Source: Macrostomum lignano (taxonomy: Eukaryota). From it: a stretch of DNA of 64,000 nt. The DNA lies in the NCBI GenBank assembly GCA_002269645.1, contig NIVC01001935.1:62001-126000 (forward strand), given 5' to 3'. The position numbers were made by a program, and so were the translations under genes. A model generated the notes under the pieces. It saw only the letters and a program-made list of their open reading frames with translations. It was not told the origin of the DNA and made no database searches. The number at the start of each line of letters is the position of its first letter. Position 1 is the first letter of the stretch. This document shows positions 60,523-64,000 of the stretch, piece after piece.

Positions 60523-61957
60523 GCAACAAATGAGTTTTGATGACCCTTGCAGTTCTCCAGCCTGGCGTGAGCAGCTGCATCGCCTTGGCTCCCGCCCACA
60601 CTCGCCTAAAACAATTCGGCCCTGTGGTTCCGAGAGCCCCGAGCCTTCTCCCGACTCTCTCTCTCTCTCCCTCTCTTCTCACTTTCAATGTCGGCCCGCT
60701 CATGTGTTTGCGAGGCCCGCCTGTGTGAGGTCGGCTGTTGCCCAGCCAGCCCACAGTTGTCTTGTGTTCTCCGCAGCAACCTGGCGGCCGTGTTTGCTGC
60801 GCCAACGCTCCGCGGGCCCCACCGCACTATGCGAGGACAGCCGAGCCGAGGTGTCGGGGCTGCACACTACGAACTAGAACGCAAAGCTAACTCTGGCTTG
60901 AGCCAGTGAGAGCTCGGAAACTAATTAAAAGCCAAATAAAGCAATGGAAAAGAAGTGCTACAAGTAGAAAAAAGGCAATACGAAGAACAAACTGGGTCCG
61001 CATTTCCTGGCTTTGTATATAATAATAACTATTAATCTTCACTACTTCCTGCTCCTAGAAGACAAAAGACAAATTGGACGATCTGTGTCAGCAAGCAGGC
61101 GGACGATCGGGCGAACGGGAGTGGGCCGCACGGAGTTCTAACAGCAATCAGGTAACAACAAATGAAAATGCATTTCGCTGCTGCCAAATCAGCGAGGGAG
61201 ATGATGGGGCTCGGAGGCTGTGAATTGTAAATTCGCGAGGGTCTCTCTGAGTGCGAGCGCTACTGGGGCTGTGCGTGAGCTTCTGCGGCGAGTTCCCGCG
61301 GTCCTGCGGGGCCGCACCGTCGGTTCATCTGGTGAGGCGGGGGCGGGTCGCGCCGCCCCGGAGGGAGGCTGTGCGGTCTTGGCAGTGACGAATTCGAGGA
61401 AGGCGACATTCGGAGCAACTGGAAGCGGCTAAAATGAAGGCGCAACAGAACGGAGCCGGTCTGTCAAAGGCAGGCTGTGGGATTCCACGCGAATGAGAAA
61501 CTCCTTTGATGAGCAGCAATGAGCAGCAGCTAAGTTGAGAGGCGTTAACGAAATGCCAAAAATGAAGGCATTAAAACTGAGCTCAAATGACGCCTGTGCA
61601 ACGCGAGTTTAAACAAAAAAAACTACAGCCGAGCGTAGGTAGAGTTCGAGTACAGAACAAACTAATAACATAATTCGCTATTTTGTAACCGGCATGAGAG
61701 CGATGAGAGCGGTCGATTAAAAAATAGTTCGCACAAGAAGAGGTTCAAGTACAGAATGGCAAACACGGTTTAGCAGAGGTGACTAATGGCTGATGGAGAG
61801 CAAGTTCAGTGCGCAGTGCTGCAGCTTAAGAAAAAGATGCGCAGAGCCGGCAGCAGCAGCTGGCTATCGCAACGCCAGCCTGGGAGATTTAAATGCTTTT
61901 GAGCCGCAACTCCATTGGACCTGCCGCACCGGCGCTGCCCGGCTTCGGTCACAGAGT

Positions 61958-63695
61958 TCAGTTGTCCAGGTGTCTCTGAACGCGGCGTTGGAATTCGCTG
62001 TAAGCTGCTGATGACGCTGACTCCTGGGGCTGGTGCTGGTGCTGGGGCTGAGTCTGGTACTGCCGATGCTGACGCTGAGGCTGCTCAGAGAGCTGCCTGT
62101 GCATTCGCATTCGTTGCGGCTCGAGTGTGGCTTCTGGCCAGAGCTGGTGCTGGTGCTGGTTGTGCTGCTGCTGCTGGTGCTGGAGAGGCATTGTAGCAAA
62201 GTGCTGCTCACTGTCTGGATAAAGTAGAAGAGTCTGCGGCTGCTGCTGCTGCTGCTGAGACAGGTGGTGCCTCATTAGCGAGCTGGACTCGTGAACGAAC
62301 TCATCTGGCTGGTCCGGCTGCTGCTGCTGCTGGTAGTGGTGGTGGCGGCGGCGGTGGTGGGACAGATATTCGTCAGGCGGGTGACTGCCCTGGGTGACGT
62401 AGACATTCAGCTGCGGCCGCGGCTGCTGCGGCTGCTGGTGCAGCTGCGCCCTCTCGTAGGTGCCATATGGGGCTGCGGCAGCCAGCGGCGGGTGCTGCAC
62501 CGTTAGATAGCCGAGATCCGCGTGCTGGAGCTGCTGCTGCGGCCGCGGCTGCTGGTTCAGCCGGTGAGCCGCCGGCCGCTGCTGCCTGGACGACTCGTTG
62601 GTTGAGTGCGACCGGCTGAGCAGCTCCCGGCGGGGCCGCGAATTGATTGGCGTCATCGCCATGGCCATCCCGGTGCCGAGGTTCAGGCTGCTGTCCGGAT
62701 CCATCGGCGGCAGCAGGGGCAGCGGCGGCTGTGGGTCGATGCCGGTCGAGCAGGTGTCCCTGGGGCCGATGCTGTAGTACCCCGGCATGTCGAGCTCGGC
62801 TCTGTGGGGCTGCTGCGGCTGCTGCTGCTGCTGCGGCCTCTGCAGAGACGTTGACGGGAGCTGCGGCGGCAGAATCTGAGCGGAGGTGGACGTCTTCAGC
62901 AGGTCCAGCTGCTTCTGCAGCTGCTTTACGGAGTCCCTGCAGGCGGCCAGGCGGCGCTTGTAGCAGCAGAAGGCAGCTGAAAATGCGATGCAGGCGGTCA
63001 GGGCGAGGGACAGAATCCAGGCGGCAGCCACCGCGCCCACGGTCGGGTAGGCCAGGCTGAGTTCGCTGGCGTCCAGCACTGCGGCCGAGGTGGTCAACTT
63101 CTCTTTTGGCGGCTCCTCGGTTGCCGGCAGCACAGCGTCTGGGGGCTCCCCTGACTTGCTGGCTGAGGGGCTGCAGACCTCGGCCTGCTCCAGATTGCCG
63201 CGGCAGTGGGTGGTCATCAGGGAGGACACGGGCGGCAGGGTGCACTTGCGGGTTCGGAAGCGCACCTTGTTTTTGCACGGGCCCCAGGCCGACCACTCGG
63301 AGAGGTCTGCAATGGGTTGGAGGGTTCGGCGTTACAGTCAGGCGGCCCGCTGAGGATGTCTATGGCCAAAAGATGGCCGGATCCTCTTCGACCCCGGGGT
63401 TTTTGCCGCAGACAGTCTTGGGTCGGGAAAAATATTCATTCAAATTTTGCATGTTCGCCAGTTGAAGAAGTCACCCTGGTAGGCTCACAGTCGCAGGGTT
63501 GAAGCGAGCACTCTCGCTCTTCGGCGCTCGCCTCCGCGGGGCAGTGCGCGGCGCTGCCCGCCTCGGACGGTCCCACCGGAGCTCCGTTCACCTGGCAGGT
63601 GCGCAGGCGCACTTGCTTGCCGGTACCGCAGCCCGCGCCGCCGCCGGTGCCCGGGTTCTGGCAGTCGCTCCAGCAGCCCCAGGCGCCCCATTCGG
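61958..63695 (-). CDS. 3' part of a type I membrane protein with tandem TSP1 repeats, probably semaphorin-5-like; gene continues beyond the window
   Basis: Exons 63695-63489 and 63306-61958 (phase 1). TSP1 WGAWGCWSDC...RLRTC...EERECSLQPC, then a short TSP1 WSAWGPC...RTRKC...CRGNLEQAEVC, a TM helix ending FCCYKRR, and a Gln-rich tail. The last two repeats resemble those of Sema5. Confidence 0.65.
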
Positions 63696-63824
63696 CTGTA
63701 TCCAGCGGAGAGAGAGAGGGGTGGGAGGGAAAGTCAGCGCGTGGGAAGTTCGCTTCCGGCATCAAAATCCCGAGTACTCATTTCCCAAAATTTAATCATG
63801 CTCACTGCAACTCCAGTGAAGGCA

Positions 63825-64000
63825 CTCCAACCAGGCACTCCGACCCGGGCACTCCGACCCGGGCACTCCGACCCGGGCACTCCGACCCGGGCACTCCGAC
63901 CCAGGCACTCCGACCCAGGCACTCCGACTCAGGCACTCCGATCCAGGCACTCCGACCCGGGCACTCCAACCAGGCACCCAGGCACTCCGACCCAGGCACT
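63825..64000. repeat. 14-bp minisatellite (CGACCCGGGCACTC), intron of the TSP1 gene, runs off the window
   Basis: Read directly. Confidence 0.9.

Overview
Eukaryotic (metazoan) genomic DNA: GC-rich spliced exons separated by AT-rich spacers and introns, most introns over 300 bp carrying their own minisatellite. This pattern suggests a free-living flatworm such as Macrostomum, which is inference only. Nine protein-coding genes were reconstructed by hand from splice sites and reading frames: (1) a slicer-type Argonaute with intact DEDH tetrad (4458-9913, +, 5' exon not found); (2) a PPP1R3-type glycogen-targeting PP1 subunit (15386-18304, +); (3) an orphan 337-aa protein with NLS-like motifs (20680-24824, -); (4) a complete 8-exon cAMP-receptor/GCR1-like 7TM receptor (28468-31817, +); (5) an ANKRD63/34-like ankyrin protein (34953-37733, +); (6,7) two convergent paralogous insulin-like peptide genes that the ORF track does not show as intact ORFs (38877-39880 +, 40547-42045 -); (8) glutamate decarboxylase (47511-58464, +); (9) the 3' end of a semaphorin-5-like TSP1/TM gene (61958-63695, -). 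There is also a full-length tRNA-derived SINE with TSDs and a ~3 kb (ACTG)n tract. The most notable signal is the insulin-like pair. Both have an extended six-Cys A-chain region (C-x11/14-CCC-x2-C-x8-C), both have minisatellites built from their own splice sites, and both have an awkward reading-frame junction between the B and A chains. Most long ORFs in the supplied track are repeat artefacts. No CRISPR, rRNA or functional tRNA was found.
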